Below, piece by piece: positions 8,960 through 18,735 of a DNA stretch of 62,380 nucleotides. The notes beneath the pieces were generated by a model. That model made no database searches, was not told the DNA's origin, and was given only the letters and a program-made list of their open reading frames with translations. Position 1 is the stretch's first letter, and each line of letters starts with the position of its first letter. A program made the translations under genes and the position numbers. The stretch spans positions 1 through 62,380 of the IMG/VR virus record IMGVR_UViG_3300048589_000279; one strand, given 5' to 3'. Source of the stretch: a virus (Duplodnaviria; Caudoviricetes).

Positions 8960-9703
8960 TCAGGAAAGTTCCCATTCAAAAGTGACCGACACGTTGGTGG
9001 TGGAACCGGTGTCAAACCAATCGGTTTCGTCGTATGTGATCGAGTTGGTGCCCATTTTGGCCCGCCACTGTGCGTTGTCCCATCCGCCGATGTTCTGGCC
9101 AACCACCGCGCCGCCGCCGCTGTCGAAATGACTCGGTGCGCTGATTTCCGTGCCCCAGCGGTCGGCGGGTGCGCGGAGGTATTCAGGATAACCCAATGAG
9201 GCGTTCCAAAAAGCCAAGCCGGTGGGAAACGATGAGATCATGATGTCGCCTGAATCATCATTTGCAGGGTCCGCATGACCGGTTTCGCTCCAGGTGCCAC
9301 AGATTTCCGCGGTGAAGCTTGCGTCATAAAAGAAGTCAATGATCTGCCAGCCAATCTTGGTTGGCACCTCGCTCAGTGTCCCCACACTGAAATAACCACT
9401 GGCGGGCGAAGTAAGCGTGTAATCTCCAACGTCAAAACCGTCATTTGCGGGACCGTTCCCAGCAGGAGCAGGGATGATCGATGTGCCAGATAGCTCCATC
9501 GGCACGCGATCCAGCGTCACTTCTTTCATGAAACTCATCGTTTCCGACCGAGTTATCCCGCTGCCATCGGTATGCGATCTCGACCCGGAAATGGTCAACT
9601 TGAGGCGGAGATGGCTGTAAAACGGCGGTCCCTCAAAGTATGGCCAAACATCTAGCAGTTTGGTTGGATTCAAAATCCCGGAATGGACGGTGCGAATGCT
9701 CAT
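8960..9703 (-). CDS. Tail-region structural protein (N-terminal part)
   Basis: ATGA overlap at 9700-9703; ends at the integrase remnant. Confidence 0.7.
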   Translation of the reverse strand: MSIRTVHSGILNPTKLLDVWPYFEGPPFYSHLRLKLTISGSRSHTDGSGITRSETMSFMKEVTLDRVPMELSGTSIIPAPAGNGPANDGFDVGDYTLTSPASGYFSVGTLSEVPTKIGWQIIDFFYDASFTAEICGTWSETGHADPANDDSGDIMISSFPTGLAFWNASLGYPEYLRAPADRWGTEISAPSHFDSGGGAVVGQNIGGWDNAQWRAKMGTNSITYDETDWFDTGSTTNVSVTFEWELS

Positions 9704-10308
9704 GATAACCACCACAGGTTCACGTTACCAAACGATTCGACACCGAGGTTGCCACCGTTGTGAAAGTTGGAAATAACATACGTGGCCGGATCTCCGCCGG
9801 CCGCCGCCGTGTAATCCACCTTGCCGACACAGCGGAACGAGGTGAATCCAGTCGAGGAAATCGCCGTGCCACTTGGCACAACGCTTGATGCGCTGGTTTC
9901 GATAGTAATGGTGTATTCGTCTTCCCCGAAACTGCCGGTCCCGAACGTCCCCACGCATTTGATCCAAACCCACACGTCTGCCGTTACGGTGATTTCCGGC
10001 GGGGTTTCGGCGTCCAATGCGGTGCTGGACAGTGTTGGCATCAGGCTGTTGACGTAGCCTGGAATGACCTGAAACTTGTCCACGGCGGTGCCGTTTTTTA
10101 GAGTGAGCGGTTTCAGTTCCGCCGCAGATACACCGCCGCGGCCCCGGCCGGCGGGCGTGACCGGAAACACGATTTCCGACTGGTTTGATCCCACATTGAG
10201 ATGCGGATTCGTGATGAGCGCCGTGAGGAGTTTGCAGAGTTGCTTCCACTGGCGGGCGTCCGGCGCCTGCCCTTCATCGATGCCGAATCGGTGGAGTTCG
10301 CTGCCCAT
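9700..10308 (-). CDS. Putative tail/virion protein
   Basis: Coupled ORF rich in Thr, Ser and Gly. Confidence 0.7.
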   Translation of the reverse strand: MGSELHRFGIDEGQAPDARQWKQLCKLLTALITNPHLNVGSNQSEIVFPVTPAGRGRGGVSAAELKPLTLKNGTAVDKFQVIPGYVNSLMPTLSSTALDAETPPEITVTADVWVWIKCVGTFGTGSFGEDEYTITIETSASSVVPSGTAISSTGFTSFRCVGKVDYTAAAGGDPATYVISNFHNGGNLGVESFGNVNLWWLS

Positions 10309-11045
10309 TATTGTGCTTTCACCCAGGTTGTCTTGAGCATGTAGAAGCAATACCAACGGTGCATGATGCGGCTGGCCATCAGTTCCGTCTTGGCTGAAAC
10401 CAATCCAGCGTAAGTTGTGGCACTTGGTGAGGAAGCCCCCAAGTTGTAATACAGATCACCTGGCGCATAGATGACGAGCGCATCGTTGATGGTGCTGACT
10501 CCAATGAAGGAAGGATTCAGGAAGTCGCCCACAAGGCCGTTCTCTTGGTCGCCGTTGGTGTATTGTTGGCCGGCTGATTCCAGAATGTAACTCAAGACTT
10601 CGAATGGTCCGGTGCTGAGTGACGAGTAGTCCCAGATTGCGGCAAGCGCCGTCCAGTCGGTGGGGGCACTTGTCGGATCCAACTTGTATTCATACGTCAC
10701 TCGCCCTGTGACAACCCGTGACCGCTCGCGGCTGCCGCCGGGGAAGAAGGCCGTGCTGTTCGGGTAGATCGGCGGGAACGTGTAGGCAACGCTTTCGTAT
10801 TCCGTGAATACCCCGGATGGAACCTCTCCATGGGTCACGGTGACGATCTTGCGCGATCCCCGCGGCCGGTCGCTAACGTCCATGATGTAATGGCCGGTGA
10901 AGCCGGCAATGAACGTGGACATCGCCGCGCCGATTGTCGGCAGCGGGTATTCCGCCGCCACTTCCCGTTGGGTTGTGTAGATCCGATAGCCCTGCGGGGT
11001 TTGCAGGGTGCGGGACGTGGTGATCGGTGAAAAGGCGTCTGACAT
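10308..11045 (-). CDS. Putative tail/virion protein
   Basis: 245-aa ORF in the structural operon. Confidence 0.7.
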   Translation of the reverse strand: MSDAFSPITTSRTLQTPQGYRIYTTQREVAAEYPLPTIGAAMSTFIAGFTGHYIMDVSDRPRGSRKIVTVTHGEVPSGVFTEYESVAYTFPPIYPNSTAFFPGGSRERSRVVTGRVTYEYKLDPTSAPTDWTALAAIWDYSSLSTGPFEVLSYILESAGQQYTNGDQENGLVGDFLNPSFIGVSTINDALVIYAPGDLYYNLGASSPSATTYAGLVSAKTELMASRIMHRWYCFYMLKTTWVKAQ

Positions 11046-11051
11046 GGCGGT

Positions 11052-12608
11052 TTATCCGTAGATCGGGCGCATCCGGCGTTCGTTGTCTTCCTGCGGGGTG
11101 AGGGCATCCAGGTCGGCCAATGCCTGACGGTAGCCATCCGCAAGCCCGGGAATTGCTTCCTGATTGCGGAAGAACGGCGCCCGGGATAATCGGAAAAGAG
11201 CCATCGGCAAAAGGATCGATTCCACGAACTCATGCGGAATTGGAAACACGGAGGTCGCGGAAAGACTGGTCACAAACGGCGGCCGCATCGTCGCCTGGTA
11301 GGTCAGGAAACCGGCCTCCGCCGGCGCCGGCACGATCCGCATGCGCTGGGTTGGAGTCGCGGTGTTGGAAACGTGGTGAGATTCGGTCTTGTAGCCTGTC
11401 ACCTTGCCCTTGGTTTCCCCCACCCGGATATTGCGCGGGACGAGGTTCTGACGAGGATTGGAAGCGAAATCCCCAAAAGTCGCGGACTGGTGGGAATGTG
11501 GATTGGCAACCGGGATCAATTCCACAAGGTTTGCAATCACCGGTTTCAAGATCCGCATCACGGCGGCCGGGATCGAGATGGACGTGTGATACACCGTCGC
11601 GTCCACTGTTCCTGTGTCTCCGGCGTAGGGGAAAAGCAGGGAAACCCCACCGTCGCCACCGGCAAGGCTGACAGGGCCAACGGAAGCCACTTCTCCGGTC
11701 ACGGTGCCACTGGCAGAAGCCGAAACCAACACGGCTGCCGCGAAATCAGAGTTGATCGCGTCGATGACTTGTTGGGCGGATGACGTTCCGGCCGTGACCA
11801 CTGGAGTTCCTGTTCCGCCTACCGGGTTCCAGGTTGTGACTTGTGATGGATCGGCTACCGGATCCGTCGATGACCATTCGGCTACTTGGCTGGAACCGAT
11901 CCAAACGTCCAATGTCCAGAAACCAGTTACTCCATAAGCCCGATAATAATTACCAACTCCGGGGTAGGTTTGTTCTCCATTGCTGGACCAGAAATCGTAA
12001 GTCCCGTCGTTGCCGGCATAGGACAAATCAGTGAAAACCACTGGATCGGTGTTGGTGTCTTCAAGTCCTCCGCCGGTGTCGGTCACTATCATCCGCGCCT
12101 TGGTTCCAGGCGTGATGGTGATCGAGAGGTCAGAGACGTTGACGGTGGTGGTGAACTGCGCCGCCGCCGCATCGTAGGTGATGGTGATGGAGTTTCCCGA
12201 TTGTCCGCTGGAGATTGCCGTGTAAAGCACCGAGTTGTCACCGCCTGATGGATTCACCGTCGCTGACGCAAAGAACGAGCCTCCGGTTGCCTCCATGATC
12301 CGGTTGTCGATGTCATGGCCGGCAATCACGATCGCGCATCCTTCCATCCATGCCTCAAACTGGTTGATTGTCGCGGCAGTGGAATTCTCCACGCAAGAAA
12401 TCGTCACCGCTGTTGGCGCATGCAGCACAACCCCAAACTCCGCATGGTGAACCCACACCGGGGACCGGGTGTAGGCTTCCTGGATTGCTCCGTTGATCGC
12501 CGCCATCACCGCGGCATTGCGGCCCGGGTATGTCACCGAATCAGGAACCGTCCGTTCTTCGGGCGAGAAGTTTCCAAAAAGAATGGTGGCAAGTTCGGCG
12601 TGGGTCAT
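11052..12608 (-). CDS. Head-tail adaptor-like protein with an internal beta-rich insertion
   Basis: Helical N-terminus (AINGAIQEAY) and C-terminus (PIPHEFVESILLPMALFRL...YRQALADL); located downstream of the capsid gene. Confidence 0.6.
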   Translation of the reverse strand: MTHAELATILFGNFSPEERTVPDSVTYPGRNAAVMAAINGAIQEAYTRSPVWVHHAEFGVVLHAPTAVTISCVENSTAATINQFEAWMEGCAIVIAGHDIDNRIMEATGGSFFASATVNPSGGDNSVLYTAISSGQSGNSITITYDAAAAQFTTTVNVSDLSITITPGTKARMIVTDTGGGLEDTNTDPVVFTDLSYAGNDGTYDFWSSNGEQTYPGVGNYYRAYGVTGFWTLDVWIGSSQVAEWSSTDPVADPSQVTTWNPVGGTGTPVVTAGTSSAQQVIDAINSDFAAAVLVSASASGTVTGEVASVGPVSLAGGDGGVSLLFPYAGDTGTVDATVYHTSISIPAAVMRILKPVIANLVELIPVANPHSHQSATFGDFASNPRQNLVPRNIRVGETKGKVTGYKTESHHVSNTATPTQRMRIVPAPAEAGFLTYQATMRPPFVTSLSATSVFPIPHEFVESILLPMALFRLSRAPFFRNQEAIPGLADGYRQALADLDALTPQEDNERRMRPIYG

Positions 12609-12751
12609 GGCTTTTTTGAAAAAAGGTTGAGAATTTTTTTCCAGAAAGACGACCGAGAACGTCCCTCGATCGCCTCAACGATCCGTTGCGTCTGCCACTC
12701 AACCAGGCATTGCGGGCAAAGTGGTGAGGGATGCTTGTGGCAGGGTTTCAT
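12605..12751 (-). CDS. Small Cys/His protein (48 aa)
   Basis: MKPCHKHPSPLCPQC...; TGA overlaps the ATG at 12608. Confidence 0.5.
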   Translation of the reverse strand: MKPCHKHPSPLCPQCLVEWQTQRIVEAIEGRSRSSFWKKILNLFSKKP

Positions 12752-12754
12752 GGA

Positions 12755-13252
12755 TCAAGAGGGTTGGAGAAGGGCGGCAGCTTCGGCCTGCTGTTTTTTG
12801 CGCTCGCGCATCTTGCGCATCCGTTCGGCGGCCGGCGTGACTCCATTGCCACGGTTGTCGTGTGAGAAGGCGTCCGGTGGCACTACTCCAGCCTCGAAGG
12901 CTTTGAACGCCTCCAGCCGCTTCTCAGCGCCCGGGAACGGCACAACCAGCGTCACCAGCGGAAACAGTTTCACGTTGCGGCTGCCCATCACGTCATGGCA
13001 CACGGAATCGTTGTCACGATACGGGCCTTTGGCGATTCCGGCCATCCAGACGGAAAGCGGAACATCGATGACGTGGCAGCGGAGGGCTTCGTCATACTTC
13101 GCAAGGTATTTGCGGGCGATCCGGTTCTTCCCCCGGATGACGTAATCCGCGTGGTTGGTCTGGTTGCGGACCAGGATGCGGACTTGGAACAGTTCGTCCG
13201 GAGCGGCAAGGCTTCGAAGGCCGGCGTTGGTAACGGTTTTGGGCAGGTTCAT
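12755..13252 (-). CDS. Hypothetical protein downstream of the capsid gene
   Basis: ORF from ATG 13252. Confidence 0.7.
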   Translation of the reverse strand: MNLPKTVTNAGLRSLAAPDELFQVRILVRNQTNHADYVIRGKNRIARKYLAKYDEALRCHVIDVPLSVWMAGIAKGPYRDNDSVCHDVMGSRNVKLFPLVTLVVPFPGAEKRLEAFKAFEAGVVPPDAFSHDNRGNGVTPAAERMRKMRERKKQQAEAAALLQPS

Positions 13253-13287
13253 GGTGGTTCTTGGGGAGGTGTTGACTCCTTTCGCCC

Positions 13288-13321
13288 AAAATGCCCCGGC
13301 ACTCACAAGGAATGCCGGGGC
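13288..13321 (-). terminator. Intrinsic terminator-like hairpin after the capsid gene
   Basis: GCCCCGGCA/TGCCGGGGC stem followed by ATTTT. Confidence 0.55.
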
Positions 13322-13341
13322 GGGTGTAGCAGTCAGGTGGA

Positions 13342-14883
13342 TCAGAGGTCCACCAGCGGGGTCGGCAGTCCTTCATGCTCAACCGCGCACTCAACGAGGA
13401 GATACCCGGCGTTGCGGCCGAGCGGATCCAGGGTGGTGCAGGTTCCCATGATGGTTTCATAACCCTTGGCGGTCACGAAGCCGAAGTCTTCCTTCTGCTC
13501 GATCATCGCCTTTTCGATGCGGCCGTTGGCGAAACATCCCGACATGGCGCCGAGGATGTAAGCAAAGCCGGTGGTGGTGCCCTTCGCGTTGGCGGGAAGC
13601 ACAACTGCGCCAACTGCGAACTGGTCCGTGTAGGTCCAGCCGGTCGGCAGGTTGGTTTCGCCCGTGGTCGGGGTGTAGGTGCCGTCGCCGCCGGTGGTGC
13701 CGGAGGTGCGGGCGACCACTTCGCCAACCGTCTGCTCGTTGATTCCTGTCGTGTTGGTGGACAGGATCTTCGTCAGGGTCACGCCGTTCGCGCCGTTGGT
13801 CCAGTCGTCCTGGTAGGCCGCGAAGCCAACCGATCCGTCCGGATTGATGATCCAGACATAGAATTCGTCGTCAATCGCCGTGGTGGCGGTGCCGTCGAAG
13901 TTGTATGGAGCGCCAGGGAAGAACTGGAGATACTGAGACGAGGTGTTGTCCGGATTGGGGAGGACGTTGGCCGCAGCACGGGAAACCGCTTGGCCGAGAA
14001 CGGCTTTCGGGGTCAACGCGTTGCCTTGGTAGTCATCCCAGGCCATGTCCAGGCTGGGCAGTTCGTAGAACGGCATTCCCTGCCAGTCGAGCAAGGTGCC
14101 GCTGAACAAAGCGTTCCCATCGCCGCGGGTGTCCGCATTGCTTTGAACGGTCTGGAACGAGTCGTCGTTGCGCAGCGGCCGGAACTGGTTGTCCGTGGCG
14201 AACGTCAGGAACGACTTGATGGGGTAGCCGGTGCCGCCGATCTTCTGATTGATCGGCTTGCCGCCGATGGTGCTCAGGCGGGTTTTGGCATCGACCACGA
14301 AATCCAGCGACAGCGTGTCTTCGGGAAGAAGCGCATCGTAGGAATTGCGGTTGCCGGGACGGATCGTGTTGAACGTGGTCGCGTCCTTGCGCAAGCGCAT
14401 CATCATGTGGTTCTGCTCCTCCAGGCCCATCTTCTCAGCAAGCATGCCGAGGGCCGTGGACTCCAGCGTTCCGCCGGCGCTCAGGAACTCGAACATGTCC
14501 TTCGAGAAACTGATCGCGTCACGGTGCCAGGCGACGGTGGCGTTGAAGGTCTTCATCGAAACCGGAGAAGTCCGGCCGACAAGCGTTTGCGTGCCTTTCG
14601 CGCCGGGACCGGCGGGCGGGCCAACCACGTTGAAATACACCTGCTGGCCGCCGCCTTTGGAGAGGTCGGTTTTGCGGGCGAAGATCGAGCGCACGCCGCG
14701 GCCGACCATGCTGTTCGCATCGACGGTGGAGGTGAACGCCGAAAAGGCATTGTGTTGAAGCGCCGACTTGGCGAGGAGCTTGGAATACAGAATCCCCTTG
14801 AGATTCGAATCCATTGAGGTCGCGTCAGCGATTTGTTGGAAGGCGAGAGTAGCGGTGATGCTACCAGTTTGATTGTCAGACAT
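13342..14883 (-). CDS. Major capsid protein (N4-gp56/DUF4043-like)
   Basis: KTDLSKGGGQQVYF...G.QTLVG, LRNDDSF..V...A..RGDGNALFSG; follows the scaffold gene. Confidence 0.85.
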   Translation of the reverse strand: MSDNQTGSITATLAFQQIADATSMDSNLKGILYSKLLAKSALQHNAFSAFTSTVDANSMVGRGVRSIFARKTDLSKGGGQQVYFNVVGPPAGPGAKGTQTLVGRTSPVSMKTFNATVAWHRDAISFSKDMFEFLSAGGTLESTALGMLAEKMGLEEQNHMMMRLRKDATTFNTIRPGNRNSYDALLPEDTLSLDFVVDAKTRLSTIGGKPINQKIGGTGYPIKSFLTFATDNQFRPLRNDDSFQTVQSNADTRGDGNALFSGTLLDWQGMPFYELPSLDMAWDDYQGNALTPKAVLGQAVSRAAANVLPNPDNTSSQYLQFFPGAPYNFDGTATTAIDDEFYVWIINPDGSVGFAAYQDDWTNGANGVTLTKILSTNTTGINEQTVGEVVARTSGTTGGDGTYTPTTGETNLPTGWTYTDQFAVGAVVLPANAKGTTTGFAYILGAMSGCFANGRIEKAMIEQKEDFGFVTAKGYETIMGTCTTLDPLGRNAGYLLVECAVEHEGLPTPLVDL

Positions 14884-14941
14884 GGTAAATGGTCTTTCTG
14901 ATTATTGAGATTTGGAGATCAACCGCGGTTCCCGCCGATGC

Positions 14942-15928
14942 TCACTTGCGGTCCACAAGTGCGGCGAGTTGTTCGATTGAGAGTTGGTCGATTGAGGCCA
15001 GGATTTGATCCGTGGTTGGCACTGCCCGGTGCGTGTGGCCTGGGGCCGTGGTGCTTCCCACCGGCTTTGCAGCGCGGGCGGGTGGCGTCGGGGCCAGGGT
15101 GGTTGCAGGGGTTTTGCTCAGTCCGAGAACGCGGGCCGCTTTTTCCGCGAGTCCGATGACGTAACGGGGGTCTTGGATGATCGGGTCATTGCTGCTTTCA
15201 GCCTTGGCCTTGTAGGCATCCAGAAGTTCCTCGAAGTCGGGATTCGTGTCGAAGACGTGCGCGTATTGCTGTTCCACTTCCGCCACTGCTTCCGCGAATT
15301 GGTCGTTGTAGCTCCGCATCTCCCCCTGTTGGTCCCGCTCTGAGAGCTTGGCCGTTTGGATGGAAAGAAGAACGTCTTCGATTTCGTCGGTGAGTTCGGC
15401 ATCCCTTTCGTTGTCGTAGTCGGCTTTCGCTGCTCTCCGTTCTTGCCGGAGGATGGCCAGGCGTTCTTCGAGTTCCGTCAGGTTTGGCGGCTCAGGTGTT
15501 GGTTCCGGTTCCGGTTCGGCCTGTGGTTCAACGGGGGCGGCTTCTTCGCCTGCCACCATTTTCATCGCGGTTGCGATGTCACTGGCTTTTCCTTCACGGA
15601 CGAGGTTCAGCGCATCCGTCACCTTCTGCTGGTCCGCTTCCTGCAATCCGGTCAACCGGATGCGTTGGGCGTGCTTCGCTTTGGGTTCGGGCTCGGGTTC
15701 CGGGACCGGCGTTTCTTGAGGCTGCACGCCTTCAATCACCTGGGGTTCCGGGGTGGATTCCGCTGCGGGGGTCGGGGCGGGTGTCCGGCCATCGATCAAT
15801 GCGAGGGCTTGTTCATCCGTCAGACCGTCGAATGCGGTTTCCGTAATTGCTCCTGTCTGCGGCGTTGCGCCTGCTTCCGGGACTGTCGTTGCTGCCGGCT
15901 GTTCGCCAGGCGTTGCGGTGGTGCTCAT
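14942..15928 (-). CDS. Capsid scaffolding protein
   Basis: Acidic, Pro/Glu-rich and coiled-coil; directly upstream of the capsid gene. Confidence 0.75.
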   Translation of the reverse strand: MSTTATPGEQPAATTVPEAGATPQTGAITETAFDGLTDEQALALIDGRTPAPTPAAESTPEPQVIEGVQPQETPVPEPEPEPKAKHAQRIRLTGLQEADQQKVTDALNLVREGKASDIATAMKMVAGEEAAPVEPQAEPEPEPTPEPPNLTELEERLAILRQERRAAKADYDNERDAELTDEIEDVLLSIQTAKLSERDQQGEMRSYNDQFAEAVAEVEQQYAHVFDTNPDFEELLDAYKAKAESSNDPIIQDPRYVIGLAEKAARVLGLSKTPATTLAPTPPARAAKPVGSTTAPGHTHRAVPTTDQILASIDQLSIEQLAALVDRK

Positions 15929-15936
15929 CGGGGCGG

Positions 15937-15973
15937 ACCTTACGCCCGCGTAACGGCGCAAAGAACGGGCGGG
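15937..15973 (-). promoter_or_regulatory. Late promoter: CCCGCCCGT-N22-TAAGGT-N8-ATG
   Basis: Conserved motif and spacing. Confidence 0.75.
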
Positions 15974-15981
15974 AAAGCCCG

Positions 15982-16533
15982 TCACGCCTCATTGGTCGAG
16001 ATGGCTCCGGCGGCTGTCACCCGGTAGGGCTTGACGGTCTTGGGAATCTGCAAATAGGGCGGGCGCCGGCAGGCAATCATCCGGTTTTTGGCGATCCGGG
16101 TGATGCAAACCTGATTGGACTGGTTCCCGCCGAGAACATGGAAAGAGGTGGCATCCTCCGCGACGTAGAATCCGACATGGCCGCCGCCGCCGGGACGCTC
16201 GAAAACAAGGATGTCGCCCAAGGACGGTTCCGGCGACTTGGTGCCATACTTCGACCAGTTCCGCGCCCAGAGCGGGTCTTTCACCACTTCGGCTGGGTTC
16301 TTGACGCGACGGTAACAGAGGATTGCGGCGAAGAGTCCGCACCACGGGATGTCGTCGTCGGAGTATCCGCTGATTTTTACGCCGGCCAGATTCAACTCGT
16401 CACGCCATTCCATGATTGTCCGGTTGCTGCCCTTTCCAACAACCTCCTTCACTCCATATTCAGAGAGGCCGAAACGGATGACATTCGGGAGGCCACGGAG
16501 TTTCGTCAGCCATTGGTATTGGGTAGGAATCAT
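15982..16533 (-). CDS. Endolysin, TIGR02594/NlpC-P60-CHAP-like peptidase
   Basis: DDIPWCGLF, WARNWSKYG, GDILVFERPGGGGHVGFYV, VLGGNQSNQV. Confidence 0.9.
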   Translation of the reverse strand: MIPTQYQWLTKLRGLPNVIRFGLSEYGVKEVVGKGSNRTIMEWRDELNLAGVKISGYSDDDIPWCGLFAAILCYRRVKNPAEVVKDPLWARNWSKYGTKSPEPSLGDILVFERPGGGGHVGFYVAEDATSFHVLGGNQSNQVCITRIAKNRMIACRRPPYLQIPKTVKPYRVTAAGAISTNEA

Positions 16534-16784
16534 TTTAGTAGCAGGGTGAGACCGGAGGCGGCAACAGCCGATCCGGCGAGTTTAATGCGTTCAGCGGATG
16601 CGCTGGTGGCGGAACTGTGATCGACGGTGGCGGTCTTCCATGTGACTGAGCCATCGGCCTTCTGGTGGTATTCGAGGCCGGTCATGTCGCCTTGGAATCG
16701 CGCGATTGGCTTACCGTCGCGGTAGAAAACGGTTTGAGCGCATCCGGACAAGGCAACGGCGGCGGCAAGGATCGGGATTTTCAT
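16530..16784 (-). CDS. Small lipoprotein (spanin-like)
   Basis: Signal peptide with lipobox ALSGC next to the endolysin. Confidence 0.7.
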   Translation of the reverse strand: MKIPILAAAVALSGCAQTVFYRDGKPIARFQGDMTGLEYHQKADGSVTWKTATVDHSSATSASAERIKLAGSAVAASGLTLLLK

Positions 16785-17704
16785 GGGGCCGGGGTGGCTT
16801 CGATTTTCAGGCGGAAGAATTGGCGTGGCTTTTGCTCAATCTCAAAAACTCTCAGTTCGTTCCAATTTGAGAGATCGTCGCAATCCTGCACGGTCAGGCG
16901 CACCATCGGCGCGGGGGAAACAGGGACGTAGGTGCCTGCCAGCGAGACTTCCGCGGCAGCGGCGCGCGACTCCAAGCCCCAAAGCCGCACGAAGCGGGCT
17001 TCGACCAGAGGAAGATCGACATGCTTCTCCGCCGGGGTGGCCGCCCACTGTCCACGCAATGGCTCGCTCCATGAGATGCCGTCGAGGCTCGTTTCAATCT
17101 CGAAGGCTTCAATGATGCCGTTTGTTCCTTCGTCCTGGCGCGGCAGATACCAGAAACGGGACAACAACGCGGGCTGCGGCAGTTCGATGCGGAGGAAGTG
17201 CGGTGGAATCGCTCCGCCCCATGTCGTGTGCCAGAGCGTATTCGGGTTCCCGTCGATCGCGTTGGCGGCCTTGTTGTCCTCCCGAATGACTTCGGCGCTC
17301 GATGCCGTGGCGATCCATCCATCCTGCGACAACCGTGGAATGGCGGCCGCAGTCGTCGCCGTGATTGCCGGAGCTTCGGCAGATTCCGTGCCGGCCGTGT
17401 TCACGGCTTTGAGCGAAAAATGGTAGAGCGTTGCGCTGGCGAGGTTTTCAACCACGCAGGAGGTGACGTTGCCGACTGGAATGCTGCGGGTCCATTCGCC
17501 GGGAGCAGGACCTACGAGAACGACATAGCCGGCGATGTCTGGCTCCGGGTTGGGATTCCATGCCAATTTGACCTCCGCGCCGAAGCACGACTTGGCATTG
17601 ATCGCCGCGAAAATGATTACGACGACCACCCAAAACAACAGCCCCGGCCACCATTGTTCGCCAATGGCTTTGCGCCGGTCGTCGTTGTCGTCTGGTGAAG
17701 TCAT
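16781..17704 (-). CDS. Membrane-anchored FN3 plus F5/8-C (discoidin) domain protein
   Basis: TM helix; LAWNPNPEPDIAGY (FN3); NAIDGNPNTLWHT...YLPRQD (discoidin). Confidence 0.85.
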   Translation of the reverse strand: MTSPDDNDDRRKAIGEQWWPGLLFWVVVVIIFAAINAKSCFGAEVKLAWNPNPEPDIAGYVVLVGPAPGEWTRSIPVGNVTSCVVENLASATLYHFSLKAVNTAGTESAEAPAITATTAAAIPRLSQDGWIATASSAEVIREDNKAANAIDGNPNTLWHTTWGGAIPPHFLRIELPQPALLSRFWYLPRQDEGTNGIIEAFEIETSLDGISWSEPLRGQWAATPAEKHVDLPLVEARFVRLWGLESRAAAAEVSLAGTYVPVSPAPMVRLTVQDCDDLSNWNELRVFEIEQKPRQFFRLKIEATPAP

Positions 17705-18273
17705 TTCAATTCCAGTTCCAGTTCGTTGCGGACCATCGTGAACCACTCCGGCGCTTCATCAATGTTGCAATGGTTGTAAGGCAGCACACGAGGTTCATGG
17801 ATGACCTGATGCGGCAGAGTGGGGACGATTTGATGTCCACACGGGATGCTGATGGTTTGCCTCACGGATGCGACCCGCCGGATGGCGGGCGGGAGGTGGA
17901 TTTTTGTCCTGCGGTCGATGGAGTAGATATTGAGCGGGTTGGCTGGCAACCAGCGCGGCATCCATGTCGGGCGATAGACCGGATCGCAAAGCAGCGCCAA
18001 CGGGATCTTGATCCCGCGATCCGGTGCGAGCTTGGCGAACTTCATGCAGGTGTATCCGGCCCCCCACGAATAGCCGATCAAAATCACGGTATGGATTTCC
18101 TGCCTGACGAGCATGTCCATGAACGCATCAAGATCGCAATTCCATCGTCGCGGGTGGACCACGGTGAGCGATTCGTGGGCGAACTTGCGCGTGACTTGAA
18201 AATGCAAATCTTCCATCCCGGACTGGTTCTCCCCGGTTTGCAAGTGCCCTTGGAATTGGACGATTGCTTTCAT
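17701..18273 (-). CDS. Alpha/beta-hydrolase fold protein
   Basis: VILIGYSWGAG nucleophile elbow, LCDPV, NHCNID. Confidence 0.75.
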   Translation of the reverse strand: MKAIVQFQGHLQTGENQSGMEDLHFQVTRKFAHESLTVVHPRRWNCDLDAFMDMLVRQEIHTVILIGYSWGAGYTCMKFAKLAPDRGIKIPLALLCDPVYRPTWMPRWLPANPLNIYSIDRRTKIHLPPAIRRVASVRQTISIPCGHQIVPTLPHQVIHEPRVLPYNHCNIDEAPEWFTMVRNELELELK

Positions 18274-18719
18274 AACTTGTCGAGGTAGTGGGAAATGATA
18301 ACCGTGAGGACGGCCCCGATAACGCTGGCGAAAAACGCAATTGCGGACCACACCCCGAGCACCCAAGCGCGCTGCTTGTCGATCTTGTGAAACTCCTCTT
18401 TTACCCCCTGCATGGCGAGTATGTTGATTTTGTCGCTTTCCACGCGCGCACGGTCGAACTCCAGCATTTTCAGTTCCAGCCTTTCCACTCGCTCGGTCTG
18501 TGCGGTGAGGAGTTTGACCGTGTGTGTTAGGTCATTCGACAACTGGACGCACGCGCCGGGATTCGGGCATTCCGCTTTTGCGGCACGCAGGGCATTAACG
18601 TTGACGGAATTTGTGAGAGCGTCGAGTTTCTCGAAAATCTTGGTGATGTCGGTGGCGATCCGGTCTTCCAACCGATCCACACGGGTTTCCAGTTTGTCGA
18701 TTCGGTCGTCGGATGTCAT
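18270..18719 (-). CDS. Coiled-coil protein with a C-terminal TM helix (holin-like)
   Basis: WVLGVWSAIAFFASVIGAVLTVII; near the lysis genes. Confidence 0.55.
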   Translation of the reverse strand: MTSDDRIDKLETRVDRLEDRIATDITKIFEKLDALTNSVNVNALRAAKAECPNPGACVQLSNDLTHTVKLLTAQTERVERLELKMLEFDRARVESDKINILAMQGVKEEFHKIDKQRAWVLGVWSAIAFFASVIGAVLTVIISHYLDKL

Positions 18720-18735
18720 GGGTGGTTTCTACGTT

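Noticed and set aside
8585-9199. 204-aa plus-strand ORF as a functional integrase or IntI
   Set aside because: Only about 50 codons are integrase-like and they are frameshifted; the rest is antisense to tail genes
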